Notes under the pieces: model-generated
Database searches by the model: none
What the model was told of the DNA's origin: nothing
The model's input: the letters and a program-made list of their open reading frames with translations, nothing else
Part shown: positions 1 to 12,011 of the stretch, piece after piece
How positions within the stretch are numbered: position 1 is the stretch's first letter
Layout: each line of letters opens with the position of its first letter
Position numbers and translations under genes: made by a program
Origin: Batkoa obscura
Lineage: Eukaryota
Length of the DNA: 64,000 nucleotides
Direction of reading: 5' to 3'
NCBI GenBank assembly: GCA_030770535.1
Contig: JASVEC010000011.1
Span: 992,001-1,056,000 of the forward strand

Positions 1-542
1 ATAAAAATAAAAACTAGAGTACTAGAAAAAGATTTACCAATGGCTAGTGTAAAAAGTTAATAATTGTAAGCGCTATTTACTTACAAAATAGGTAGGTCAA
101 CATTAAGGCTTGCTTTAATTTGTTATATTGTACAAGATTTGTTGAAGATACGATGAGAGTAACCAGTGAAAAAAATGTAGTAAATTTATAGACAACGAAA
201 TCTGGCTTAATTATAAGCATAGCTAGTTCAACATCGGGACTTGATTTAATTTCTTATAAACAGTGGTAGTTATGATAAATTCAATAAGCATACTAATAAT
301 AAAGGAGTAATAAGATAATAATCAACATCTATATTTGTATCTTTCAAATCAAAAGTTTTAATTTTAATTACTTTAAGATTAGAGAAGAAAGATAAAAAAT
401 AAAAAACCTTTAAATGTAATATCATCAGTTCGATTGGTTGCACTTTGACTTATAAATTTATATTTATATGAGTTGTACTCATCATCATTGATATTGATTT
501 CATTGAAATCAAGTTCTTTTTTTTAATTCAAGAACATCATAT

Positions 543-640
543 GGGGATGTATTTTTGTGTTTAAGAATTTTACTAACAATCTTCCGCTCAAATAGCGCTT
601 AAAAGATAAAAAAAATAATGAAGCCAAAAAAGACACCCCC
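543..640 (+). mobile_element. ~100-bp GGGG-ended MITE, copy 1
   Basis: GGGGATGT...ACACCCCC with ATAT on both sides; abuts the element starting at 645. Confidence 0.9.
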
Positions 641-1165
641 ATATAGGGATGTTCGGATTAGTTTCGTTTTTTTTTATCAAAAAGCAAAAGTTCCCAACAC
701 AATTTTATATTGTTTTATTATAATTTATATTGTAAGTTAGCAAAACTTTTATTAAATTTAATACAAACCCCCGAGTTAGTAAGGATTTTACTAATGTAAC
801 TTATATATTAATATTGATCAAAGTTGTAGTATGTAAATAAATGCATATTATTATAAAATCTCATTGAGAAATATTTATTACTGACCGCTTTATAGCCAAC
901 ATTGCAGATTTGCTATCAAATAAATTATCTTAATGCTATAATTACATTATTAACATATCACTAAGTTAATAAATAGTTGCATGGGAGGAAATGGTTAGTT
1001 TTAAAACTATGATCAACTATCCCTATATAATACAAGCAATATAATAATAGTTTTTATTTATTATTACAATTATTTGCTTTTTGATTATTTATTAACTTAG
1101 CTATTAATAATTTAAGTAATATTAGCATTTGATATTTGATTTTTATCATTTAATAAACTACTTAC

Positions 1166-1647
1166 TGTGAAAGTTGATACTCAGTGGTCGGAGTTAAAAG
1201 CTACTCTTGCTTAATTAACTTGCCTTGAGTCGAACGGTCTTAGTTTATATAACTAAGATAGACTTAACTTAATAGAAATAGTATGTAATAAGCTACGAAT
1301 TATGTAAAACAAATATAATGGAAGATACTACCGTAAAATCTATGTAAGATGTTGTCAGAAATACTTAGTGACTTTATTAATGATACGTTATCAGGGAGTA
1401 ATTCAATTAAAAAAGCCTCGAGTTACTATGTCGAAGAATCTCTTTTATACTCCAACTGAATGGGTATATATAAGAAACATTATAACAGTTATTCCTTATT
1501 ATAGTTGCCAAGTATGGACATTAAAACGTGGACAATAAGTTCTTCGTAATCAGGTGGTAGCAATTCTCACAGCAAATCTATATAAGGAACTCTGAATTGA
1601 TTATCATATTATAATCAATCATAGAGCTAATGAACCGATATTTCACA
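1166..1647 (+). mobile_element. 482-bp solo-LTR-like element (TGTGAAA...TTTCACA), copy 1
   Basis: 7-bp terminal inverted repeat with TG/CA ends and an internal TATATAAG; highly similar to 35448-35929 and 40418-40899; no TSD. Confidence 0.75.
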
Positions 1648-2098
1648 TAGCTTTATTAAAAGTATAATACCAGGAAACAATTTAATAAAAAAGTTTTGAA
1701 TTGTTATATTAAAATTTATATATATATTTTAACTGGGTAATTAATTATATATGGGGGTGTTTTTCTTGGCTTCATTATTTTTTCCATCTTTTAAGCGCTA
1801 TTTCAACGGAAAGATGGAAAAAGTAATGAAGCCAAAAAAAACATCCTCATATAAAAAACATAATAATAGTTATTTTTTATTATACTTACTAAGCATAAAC
1901 ATCAAAATAAAAAGATAAAGTTCCTTGTATTTAAGTAATAAATATTTTTATAACAAATTAAAATAGAGAACTTTGAATTAATTGTATTATATAACTTATA
2001 ACCAATTTAATTATAAGACTATATAATTAGTTTTATAAACAAATTAAGTGATTATTATATTATAACTAATTATAAAGCTGATAAGACAATATTTTAAA
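1648..2098 (+). mobile_element. Heavily decayed older fragment of the same LTR-like family, interrupted by a MITE
   Basis: 1648-1735 and 2020-2098 align with the reverse complement of 38933-39090, mostly by C>T/G>A changes. Confidence 0.55.
1753..1848. mobile_element. MITE copy 2, symmetric foldback variant
   Basis: Both ends derive from the same MITE end (~40-bp inverted arms); ATAT TSD. Confidence 0.85.
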
Positions 2099-2404
2099 AT
2101 TATAATATTAGTATTTTATTGTTATTAATTTTTTTTAAATAATTATATTAATTTCTACTTATATTAAATCCAAAATTTTTATATTTATTAAAAAAGTATA
2201 CTGAAACCATAGTTGATAATAATGCTACTTACTAGTTTTTATTTCCTGTTTTTTTAAAGCACTAATTTTATACATTACTTAATTAAGTTTGTTATTATTA
2301 ATAATAAACTTAAAATTTGGATTAATTTTTAATTAAATTCCGAAACTAATTTAAACATCCTCATATAACTATTTAATATAAATATTTTAAATATTTGGCA
2401 ATAT

Positions 2405-2502
2405 GGGGATGTTTTTTTGGCCTCATCACTTTTTCCATCTTTTAAGCGCTATTTGAGTGGAAAGATTGTTAGTAAAATTCTTAAACAAAAAAATACACCC
2501 CC
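2405..2502 (-). mobile_element. MITE copy 3
   Basis: Reverse orientation relative to copy 1; ATAT TSD. Confidence 0.9.
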
Positions 2503-3236
2503 ATATAATGATTAATTTTGACAATTTTTTGATATGTTTGGAACAAAAACCTCTTTTAATACTGCTAATTTTAAGAAATTTTTATTGATTCTGAAGAAAT
2601 GAAACCGCCTAAAGTAATAACGTTACTACTTTTAATTATATACTTGTTATTGTTGTTCTCTCTTTTCAAAAAATGACTAGAAGAATCAAATAACTATATT
2701 TTGAAGTTTTTTGAGATTCTCAAAATGATTGATATTAAAATCAGTATTAAATGTACTATCAATCATTAGTTTTACATTGTACTTAAAATTAATATTTATA
2801 TTAAACTTAGTTGGGATATAAATATGATTATATCCTCTTAAATATAAGAACCTTAATTTAGTGGATTCAGTTTTGATTTTATCTAGATCAGTTTGAAGCC
2901 ATATTGTAAATGAGTTTATTTTATTTAGGTTCAAATATTTAATAAGATCATTCATATCCCCCTCAAAGCATAACTTCCAAATCTTTAATTTGATTTAAAT
3001 AGTCATTAAATAAATTTATTATTGAAGAATGACTAAACATCATAAATAGAGTTAATTTATTAAATTTTGGCAATTGAATTTTGATTTTAATATCATTATT
3101 AAGTAATTGCATACTATCAATGTTGTTGAATAAACCCGTATTTTCATCTTTATAAGTAACACTTGTTAAATTTGGGCAACGATTTATATTAATGATATCT
3201 CTGTTTACAATTAAATGCTTGATTAGTTTTCCATTT

Positions 3237-3335
3237 GGGGATGTATTTTTGTGTTTAAGAATTTTACTAACAATTATTCTACTCGAATAGCGCTTAAAAG
3301 ATGGAAAAAGTGATGAAGCCAAAAAAGACACTCCC
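3237..3335 (+). mobile_element. MITE copy 4
   Basis: ATTT TSD; lies inside the F-box pseudogene. Confidence 0.9.
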
Positions 3336-4288
3336 ATTTCTTTAAATAAATTCATTTCAATATTTTTTAAAGTTTCTGAACCCACTGCATCTATTCTTTA
3401 AACGGTCAACTTCACTAAGAACAGTGTTGTTTATGATTTATATAAGACCCTCAGGTTTAATTCCACCTCCATCGTTGTCTTTGACTTCTTTCTCTTCATA
3501 TTTTTCAAGTTCCTTTTCATTATACACTGAATAGATTAGCTTATGTTTAATGACTTTATTTATAATATTTTAAAAAAATTTATTCAACAAGCGTAGATCA
3601 TACAGTTCTCCTATCTTTACACATTTGAAGATTTCATATAATAAGTTATTATGTAATTGATCGAACTTCATTTTTAATTAAATCGATAAATGCATTTTCA
3701 CATTTACATCTATTTATATATTTAATCATAAAGGACTTTGTTTTTCTTGAAATGATCAATCATAATAATTAATACTATTAGTCAATGACGTTTACAAGCA
3801 TCGCTATATCCAAAACTAAACTTAGTTGCTTTGTATTCATCATTTGATAAAGTATATACAAAAATTAGTACTTAATTGCTTTTAATAGGGGTGTGATCTA
3901 ATTTAATGTTCTTCATTTATGTCATAAATAAAAAATTGTTATAGCATTCCTTATAACTGATTACTATGACTTTTTATAATAGTATAAGCTTTTAATGCAT
4001 AATATTAGCCTTTTAATAACTTTATTAGCATAAAAAGGAATTCAAATTACTCTTAAACACAAATTGTCTTTGATAATATTATAACTATCTTATTAAAAAT
4101 GTTGAAAATAGTCCCTTATCAATAAGACCCAAAATGATATCATATAAAAAATGAATCTTGATTATAGTTTTAAATATTAACACTCATGCTCCTCTTTACA
4201 AATAAAAAGTATAAAGTGAGATATAGTCAATTTGGGTTAAATTAGGCTATAGACCTCTAATGTTATAAATCAAGTTTGATCAGTAAAT

Positions 4289-4384
4289 GGGGATGTTTTT
4301 TTTAGCTTCATTACTTTCTACATTTTTTAAGCGCTATTTGAGTGGGAAAATTGTTAGCAAAATTCTTTAAAAAAATGCATCCCC
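4289..4384 (-). mobile_element. MITE copy 5
   Basis: GGGG/CCCC ends; AAAT and ATAT flanks. Confidence 0.85.
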
Positions 4385-4388
4385 ATAT

Positions 4389-4562
4389 CTATCATTTTCA
4401 AAGTCCTTTTCAGTATATATTGAATAGCTTAATTTATACTTTAACTTCGTTTATTACATTAGATATATTCTTATTTAACAGTTGTAAATTAGGTAGCTTT
4501 ATTATCTTTATATATTTGAATATTTCATATGATAAATTGTTAGGTAATTGATCAAACTTCAT
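4389..4562 (-). pseudogene. F-box gene 5' fragment ending at a MITE
   Basis: ATG at 4562 reads MKFDQLPNNLSYEIFKYIKIIKLPNLQLLNK, paralogous to the starts at 3671 and 20400. Confidence 0.6.
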
Positions 4563-5444
4563 TTTTTTATAAAAAAGGGGTTTATATATTTATTTGCCTA
4601 TTTATATATTTGATCATAGATGTACTTTCTTTTGTTTTTAATTTAGTGTTTCAATAAAAAAATTAATTGAATCAAATGACCTAATAATGTTTTTACTAAG
4701 ACATATTTAATTGATAAATTACCATTGTTTTTAATAAAAAAGTTACTTTCTATAAAGATTAATATTATGAGTTATTTAGTATAGCGTTTAAATTATATAA
4801 CTAAAAGATTATATTTTTTTCCTGTTTATAATTAATAACTTGAATATTTTGAACTATTTTTAATAAACAAAACTGAAAAATATTATATAGCCAAGCAAAT
4901 AATTTATAAACATTCATGTCTATTATATTATTATTGAAAGCTTTGCCTATTGATTTAGCACAATATCAGCCTATAAACACTTTTGCATAATAGTGTAAAT
5001 TTACACTTCGATCCAATTTAACTTAAGTAGTAAACTCCTAAGGTTTTATCTATAATAGCTAAATCTAATTGAAGTTACTGTTTAATAATACTTTACATAC
5101 TTAGATAGATATGAATTATTTTTTTAATAATACGGACCTACTTAACCTGGTAAATAGATAATTAAACTATTATTCTATTCTTTACCAGTTTATATTTACT
5201 CTATCAAATATATTAAAAGTGCCCAGACACCTTTTCTAGTTATTTTTCTTATTTTTTTTGCGCCTTTTTAAAATGCGCTAAATTTAAAATCAAAGTTCGT
5301 TACCATGGATTTTTTTAATCAAACTTTAAAAATATTTATGAAATAGTCTTTATTAAGTCTGGGGCTGCTGATGAATATTCATATTCCTTCATAAAAATAT
5401 CAAGCACTTACTAGTTAAAACTATAAAAATGTGCTCAAAAAAGC

Positions 5445-5452
5445 TATAAAAG
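5445..5452 (+). promoter_or_regulatory. TATA box of protease 1
   Basis: TATAAAAG ~60 bp upstream of the ATG; the same motif occupies the same position in the paralog (23918). Confidence 0.5.
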
Positions 5453-5505
5453 AAGAGTGTATGTAACTACCACTCATAAACAATTAAGTTTGATACTAAA
5501 TTGAA

Positions 5506-6567
5506 ATGGTGCAAAAGGAAATTTTAATTAAAGCATTTGAGGTCTTTTTCGTAGCCATTTTAGCTACTTCAGCACAAGCTGCACCAGCTGACAAAAATTC
5601 AACAAAATCAGACGATACTCCAACTAATAGAATTATCAATGGTAGTACTGGTTCATGGGCCAACTACCCATCTTTAGTTTCTTTACGTGTTAATGGTGGA
5701 CATTCCTGTGGCGGAGCCCTTCTCAATGCTAACACCGTTTTAACAGCTTCTCACTGTTCTGAAGTTTCCCTTGGTTCTGTCTCTGTATGGGCATACGCTG
5801 GTGGTAACCTTCAAAGACGCCAATGGTGGGGTGATCAACAAGAGCAAGAACAACCATGGTGGGGCGGTCAACAAGAGCAAGAACAACCATGGTGGGGTGG
5901 TCAACAAGAACAAGAACAACCATGGTGGGGTGGTCAACAAGAACAAGAGCAGCCATGGTGGGGTGATCAACAGGAACAAGAGCAACAACAACAACAACCA
6001 TGGTGGCCTCGAGAAGAAGAGCAGCAACAGCAACAGCAACCACAAGCTCAAATCCAGAGTGGACCAGATGGCTCATATACTGAACATCGTGTAAGCCAAA
6101 TCATTAAACACCCAAACTATAGCCCAGGTGGTTATATTCAATATGATGTTGCAATCTGGAAATTAGCAACCCCAGTCAGTGCACGTAATTTCTATCAAGT
6201 TGATACTCAAAATACTGGCAACCAAGAAGGCACTTCAACCCGATTTGCAGGCTGGGGTAGAATAGATCCGAGTGATCAGTATAGATTAGCTTCAAGGTTA
6301 CAAGAAGCTAACCTTCCGGTATATCCTTTCAACACCTGTAATGCTGCTTATCAAGGTTTATCTAAACCTCATCATTTATGTGCTGGTTACCGTGAAGGTC
6401 GCTCTTCTGTTTGTCAAGGTGATTCTGGAGGTCCACTTGTTATTGGAAATACTATCATTGGTGTTACTTCCTTTGTTAGGGATTTGAGATGCCTTAATCC
6501 TAACTTTCCTTCTGTATTTGCTCGTGTAAGTACTTATGCTCAATGGATTCAGCAATATGTTAGATAA
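5506..6567 (+). CDS. Secreted S1A (chymotrypsin-fold) serine protease with elastase-like pocket and WWGGQQEQEQP repeat insert
   Basis: Signal peptide, R|IING activation site, CGG, TASHC (His), YDVA (Asp), CQGDSGGP (Ser), GVTSFV, PSVFARVS. Confidence 0.93.
   Translation: MVQKEILIKAFEVFFVAILATSAQAAPADKNSTKSDDTPTNRIINGSTGSWANYPSLVSLRVNGGHSCGGALLNANTVLTASHCSEVSLGSVSVWAYAGGNLQRRQWWGDQQEQEQPWWGGQQEQEQPWWGGQQEQEQPWWGGQQEQEQPWWGDQQEQEQQQQQPWWPREEEQQQQQQPQAQIQSGPDGSYTEHRVSQIIKHPNYSPGGYIQYDVAIWKLATPVSARNFYQVDTQNTGNQEGTSTRFAGWGRIDPSDQYRLASRLQEANLPVYPFNTCNAAYQGLSKPHHLCAGYREGRSSVCQGDSGGPLVIGNTIIGVTSFVRDLRCLNPNFPSVFARVSTYAQWIQQYVR
5821..6010 (+). repeat. Coding 33-bp tandem repeat (about 5 units)
   Basis: CCATGGTGGGGTGGTCAACAAGAACAAGAACAA-like units encoding PWWGGQQEQEQ. 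Confidence 0.9.
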
Positions 6568-7399
6568 ATAAATTAATCAATATTTTAGTAGTTGAAACTT
6601 TGAAGTATTTTATAAAGCCTTTTATATATTAAATAATTTAGAATTACATCCTTTCGTTTAACATCATTTTAGATATTGTATTCAATAATCTGATAGTAAT
6701 GTAATATCACATTACTTTTTTGGCTATAAATAAGACTATTAAACTTTTAAATTTCAAGAGATTAATTATACATAGTTTAAGAAATTAATTTATTGTTATA
6801 TCTGAATATCAAATTGTCTTTTTTTTAAAATCTTAAATATTATATCCAATGCTATGTTCGATGCTAATAATAATAGTAAAATATCCAAGTAGTAAAACAG
6901 GTGCTAACGGCATTACATAAAAAAGCTCATTAGGTTAGCTTTTAATATTAAACGTCAAATGTGATGGTTGAGGATTTGAGGGATTGAAAAATTATACTCA
7001 ATAGTACCACGCTAAAGGCTCTATCGACTGTGGAATTGAAGATAATTGATGGTGCAAAGAATATTCGGGATTAAGGAAGACTTTTGTATACAAATTTCCA
7101 ATTGACTATTAGCTTAAAAGTATTAGAATACTGGCTAATAATAATAAGAAAGCTCTAGTAAACTTTAAAGTTACTAAAAGATTCTTACAGTTGTTTCCTA
7201 CTTTTAGTACAATGATTAAAAAATAAAAATAAATCAATAGAAAAGGTAGTTAAAACTCTAAGATAATATAAGAGGCTGAAATAGATTTATTAAAGGATAA
7301 TTTATGGAATATGCTAAGGTATACGCCGACTCATTTCTAAACTCAACTAAGCTAACATTGGGAATTGTCTTAATTTGTTAAAGAGCGTAGTATTTTTAG

Positions 7400-8680
7400 G
7401 GGGGAATACAGGCGTGACTATTAACAAAGGAGTAGTTAATTTGTGGTCAACATTAACACTTATATTATTTAATTCGAAGCAGTTAATTTTAATTACTCCA
7501 AGATTTAGGAACAAAGATAAGAAATAAAAAAATCTTTAAATGAAATATTGTCAATACAGTCAACTGTAATTCGCTTTATAAATTTACATCCACACAAATT
7601 GTATTCAGCGGTATCCTTAATTCAACTCTCATTAAAGTTCAATTCTTTTATTTTATCAAAAGTATAGTATAAACTATCAATATTAAGGTTTCAGATGTTT
7701 TGAAGCAAAAACATCGACTTTAGTAACGTTATTGCTATAATGCCAATATATAGTTCTTTTAGTGTTGGTAGCCTTAAAAACCATCATTCAATAATTTTGA
7801 GAAACAAATATAATCTAAACAAATGATACCACTACCTTCAAATATACTTAAATTAATATCATCCTTTTGGAAGAAAGAGCCAGCATTACCAATTAGCTTT
7901 ATACTTTTTAGTTTATTAAGATCACCAAATATTTTATGTCAAAATTAGCGTCAACTGTACTTTTGATTATTGAATCTAAGCAGGAAGCAAAGTTTATGTT
8001 TGAATTGAACTCAGTTGGTGTAAAAGTATGACCCCATCCTCCTAAATCTAAGAATCTTAAAGTAATGAGCTGTGTTTTGATTCTATTCAAATTATCAAGA
8101 TCAAAACTAATATAAGAAAATAAGCTAAATGACTTTAATTTTATTGGGTTTAAATATTGAATAATTTACATATTTGCTTGGGAACTTGTAATATCTAAAA
8201 TCTCAATTTGATCTAAATAGCTCATAAATACATTTAAAATTATAGAACCATGACCATCTTGAACATATATAAACATTTTTTAATTTTAATAATTGACTTT
8301 TAATCTCATCATCACTGTTGAAAATATCTGTTTTGTCACCTTCATAAGTAATAGTTGTTAAGTGTGGATAAATTTACATCATCAATATTATACTGATTGA
8401 TTATTAAATACTTCATTATATCTTCATTTTTTAGAGTGAATTCTTCTCGATATTCTTTGAAGTTACCACATTTCCCATTGTTTTTGATATCATCAACCTC
8501 TCGTTCTTGTTTAAATTCTTCTTCAATATATATTGAATGAATTGGTTTGTATCTAGTTACTTTGTTTATGTAATTTGATCTATTTTTATTCAATAAGCGT
8601 AAATTGAACAACTCTTAATATTTAAAGTACTAAATATTTCATACAATAAATCGTTAAATAATTTATCAAACTTTATTTTT
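7400..8680 (-). pseudogene. F-box/LRR-like pseudogene
   Basis: Start mutated to ATA (IKFDKLFNDLLYEIFS...FNLRLLNK); ORF fragments 8342-8611 and 7908-8090; similar to 200-3671 and 20400-21950. Confidence 0.65.
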
Positions 8681-8912
8681 ACGAGTAAAATCCTTTTTAT
8701 TCCAATTTATACAACTGCTTGCAATGCATTTTTTGTTTAAGTCTATTAAGTATATATGCTACTAATTAATGGTATTTATAGCTATTATAATAAGCAAAAC
8801 TGAGCTTTGATAGTCACATATTAATCATTTCAACAAATGTTAAGAATAATAGTAGAGTATAATTTTTTTTGCTAAGGCATCTGTAATTGTTCGATAAAAG
8901 AAACTTCTAAAT

Positions 8913-9296
8913 ACTATATAGCATACTTTTCAGGGAACAGTATCCCTTGAATAAAATGATATGATTGGCTAATTTGTAGTTTTTTCCAAAATTGGATCAA
9001 AATTACAAATTTAACTTTGGATTCGAATTGCAACTTTTTATTTAAAAGTTGTATACTTCTTTAAAATAGCCTAACTAAATATAAAACAATATATAAAGTT
9101 AGTTAACCTAGAATCTTTTTGTTTTTAAATTATTTTTTTATCTATCAAAACAATAAATTATGTGAAATTTAGATTTTAACTAAAAAAAATCAATCAGTAA
9201 CTCAAAAAATCAATCTAATTACAATATAAATTTTTTAAGCGCTTTTATTGGATAATTTAGGGCATACTATTCTCCAAAAAGTATACTGCATACTGT
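8913..9296. mobile_element. Old degenerate TIR element
   Basis: Imperfect inverted ends: GCATACTTTTTCAGGGAACAGTATCCCT versus AGGGCATACTATTCTCCAAAAAGTATAC. Confidence 0.35.
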
Positions 9297-9908
9297 TTAG
9301 ACACCTCCTTGATAAATTATTATGTTTTATAGACACATATTTGCTTTATAATTAATAAGCTTTTCTGAAATAAACTCTATTTGATAAATAATATTCCAAT
9401 ATAACATTTAACTCAAACTATTTTTTTTTAAAAATCAATGCTTTTAGCAAACACTTACTGGCAGGGTTTAAGGTCCTTGAGATACAAATATTATTTATGA
9501 CTTTCGACATTCATGTTTGTATTTCTCCATTAGTGAAAAATACCAAAGGCATTCTATTCAATCAAATAGTATAATATCCCAATCAAAAAGTCTATTTAAT
9601 ACAACATGCGAGTTTTGAAATGCTAATTTGTATTCTTTTGGTAAATCCTGTAGTTTATATTGAATAAGTAAAATCGTAAAAGCTAAAATTATGTATTGAA
9701 TTTTCAAAGTGCTTATTCAATACTTTATGAAAGTATTTTACTCAAATATTGATACAAATAAGCAATGATAAATTAATCTTTATATAGCCTACATCATTTT
9801 AAATAAGCAAAATAAGTAAGCAATACGAAATTATATGTAATACATATAATTACAAATGGTATAAATAAAAGAAAATTGATATCTTCATTTTTCTATTTAA
9901 TTTACAAA

Positions 9909-11243
9909 ATGAGTACTTTAAAGCTAGATATTTTACCTGATATTGTCATTGACACTATTTTCAATTTCTTACCTTCAGATCAATTGTTTGATTTAAGATT
10001 TTTAAACAAGGCACTATTTAAACAAATTAGTTTACTTATTTTTAATCACTTGTGTTATTCAGCTTATTCAAGTTCATCAACTTATTCACATATTCAACAT
10101 TCTTTCTATGAACATCGTGGTAACAATGTACAATACTTGAAGATAAAAAGCGATCAGTTGGATTTTTTAACCTTATGTCCAAACATTGTAATCTTGGATA
10201 TTGAATATACACAGTTGACTGATATTGATATATTGAACAATTTAATACCACACGAGCTACCTTATTTGAAGAATATGATATTAAACATTAGAATTAATCA
10301 ACAGTCTATCTTGTTTAAGCATATAGCTTTACTATCTCAGGTTAAGAAGTTAACAGTCAGCATTAATGATTCAGTTGATCTAGATTATCTTGTTAATCTA
10401 CTTGATCCATACAAGCTTAAAGTATTAAAGGTTAAGTGTATCTCACTCAATTTAAATGGGCTCAGTAAGTTAAAAGAGTTGTTTAAGGAATTAAAGAAGT
10501 TAATAATTATTAGTGAAACTTTTTCAATACCTTCAACTCTCAATGATAATTCCAATTTTCAATCACTTGAAACATTAAAAATAAAAGGTAATCCAGTAAA
10601 TAAAGTTCCTTTGAATTATTTAGGGGATATTTTTAAAATAAAATCAGTATTTATAAACATAAACGATTTCATTCATAATTATACAACTAGACTAATGCAT
10701 CCAAATATTCAATCGCTTGGTTTTAACAAGCCAATATACAATATAAATTCACTTTTTAATGTCACATGTTTAAAAGAGATTTATATTAGTGGAACTACTA
10801 CTTTTGAATCCGCCTTTAGAGCCATTTTATTGCTTAATAGTGTTCAAATATTAACTATTCACAATTTAAATTATGTATACCGAGGATTTTGTTTGCGCCA
10901 TTATCTTAGTGAGCATCTTAACAAAAAAGCGTATAAATTAGCTCGCGGAATCGTTAGTTGTTTCTTAAACTCCGCCTCAATTAAAAAAGTAATCTTTAAA
11001 GGATGTGATATTTCAGCAAATAATTTGTTTGATATATTGTTTCTTCTGAATAATGTTAAAGTAGTCAATTTTATCAATGGTAGATGTTACTACTATATTG
11101 ATCAGATAGTATATGGCTTTTACGAAAAGGCATTTCTAATTCAATTTGATAGAAAGTCTATAAATAATAGCTTGACGATTATTCATAACCCACTTAGTTA
11201 CTTTAAACGTTATAGCACTGTTATTGTAGATATTCTAGAGTAA
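9909..11243 (+). CDS. F-box / leucine-rich-repeat-like protein (444 aa, intronless)
   Basis: First ATG at 9909; LDILPDIVIDTIFNFLPSDQLFDLRFLNK F-box motif followed by LxxLxI repeats. Confidence 0.8.
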   Translation: MSTLKLDILPDIVIDTIFNFLPSDQLFDLRFLNKALFKQISLLIFNHLCYSAYSSSSTYSHIQHSFYEHRGNNVQYLKIKSDQLDFLTLCPNIVILDIEYTQLTDIDILNNLIPHELPYLKNMILNIRINQQSILFKHIALLSQVKKLTVSINDSVDLDYLVNLLDPYKLKVLKVKCISLNLNGLSKLKELFKELKKLIIISETFSIPSTLNDNSNFQSLETLKIKGNPVNKVPLNYLGDIFKIKSVFININDFIHNYTTRLMHPNIQSLGFNKPIYNINSLFNVTCLKEIYISGTTTFESAFRAILLLNSVQILTIHNLNYVYRGFCLRHYLSEHLNKKAYKLARGIVSCFLNSASIKKVIFKGCDISANNLFDILFLLNNVKVVNFINGRCYYYIDQIVYGFYEKAFLIQFDRKSINNSLTIIHNPLSYFKRYSTVIVDILE

Positions 11244-11349
11244 TACTCCTTATAGTATTTAAACAAAATATTTATGTTATTATTTTAATTTTTAATTTTA
11301 AGTTTAAAACTATATTGAATTTATGCAAAGCAATTTAAGTCAATGATAA

Positions 11350-11442
11350 AGGGATGTTTTTTTTGGTTTTATCATTTTTTCCGTTTAAGTGCAATTTGAG
11401 AGGAAAAATTATTAGTAGAATTATTTAAAAAAATACATCCCC
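11350..11442 (-). mobile_element. MITE copy 6 (degenerate)
   Basis: Recognisable MITE body; TSD not preserved. Confidence 0.75.
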
Positions 11443-12011
11443 ACATAGTTAATAAAGCTCTATAATTTCCTTATCATTGGTTTCCTTTTTTATCTAATAG
11501 TCCGATTTCTTTTCTATACATAGCACTTTGATTATTCTAATAAATACAATTAACTTTATATAGCCTTCCAAAAACAAAACAACTTAAATGATATGGCGCT
11601 TTAGAATATTTTATAGTACTTGATAGAATTCATATAATTTTTAAAGTGAAACTTCATCTTAGGTATATAAAGGGGATCTTGCCGTCTATTCCTTTGTTTG
11701 TTTCTTTATTAAGAAACTGTAATCCTATATTAAATTTCATAAAAAGTGTATTATGAGGCTCCTTGTTTATTTAACTTAATAAGCACATTATTAGAAATTC
11801 GTTATTTTAAGAAAGTGATTTTTTTTTTAAATTCTGAAGAAATTTAATGTTTTTGAAAAAAAAAATCTGGAATTTTGAGTAATGAAATAAATTTTTAAAA
11901 TGAGCTTTGATTTGTGGATTTTATTGAACTTATCGTATTCATCAAAAATATAAAAAATAAAGGGACAACAATCTCATTTCAACTCTATAATATTATAAAA
12001 AAGGATAAAAA

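Larger units (their letters stand above)
645..2362. mobile_element. Decayed non-autonomous Sola2-like element with nested LTR-like elements and a MITE
   Basis: Degenerate TIRs (AGGGATGTTCGGATTAGTTTC ... GAAACTAATTTAAACATCCTC) with ATAT flanks. 645-1165 matches 36605-37195; 2140-2362 matches ~38490-38655 and 39420-39478. Confidence 0.85.
200..3671 (-). pseudogene. F-box/LRR-like pseudogene split by stacked transposons at three sites (~539, ~2401, ~3233)
   Basis: ATG at 3671 reads MKFDQLHNNLLYEIFKCVKIGELYDLRLLNK (F-box-like), followed by stops and frameshifts. ORF fragments 2686-2955 and 2963-3385 belong to it. With the insertions removed, the sequence is collinear with the paralog at 7400-8680. 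The 3' boundary is approximate. Confidence 0.65.

Noticed and set aside
2963..3385. ORFs 2963-3385, 4342-4551 and 18230-18454 as real genes
   Set aside because: They read through or start in MITE sequence; they are pseudogene or chance frames.
5359..5364. CreA/Mig1-type CTGGGG site in the protease promoter
   Set aside because: The hexamer is too short and is not conserved at the homologous position of the paralog.
5821..6010. CRISPR-like array
   Set aside because: In-frame coding tandem repeat without unique spacers; eukaryotic context.
5729..6094. Alternative-frame ORFs over the protease repeat (also 24157-24471)
   Set aside because: Shadows of a stop-free tandem repeat.
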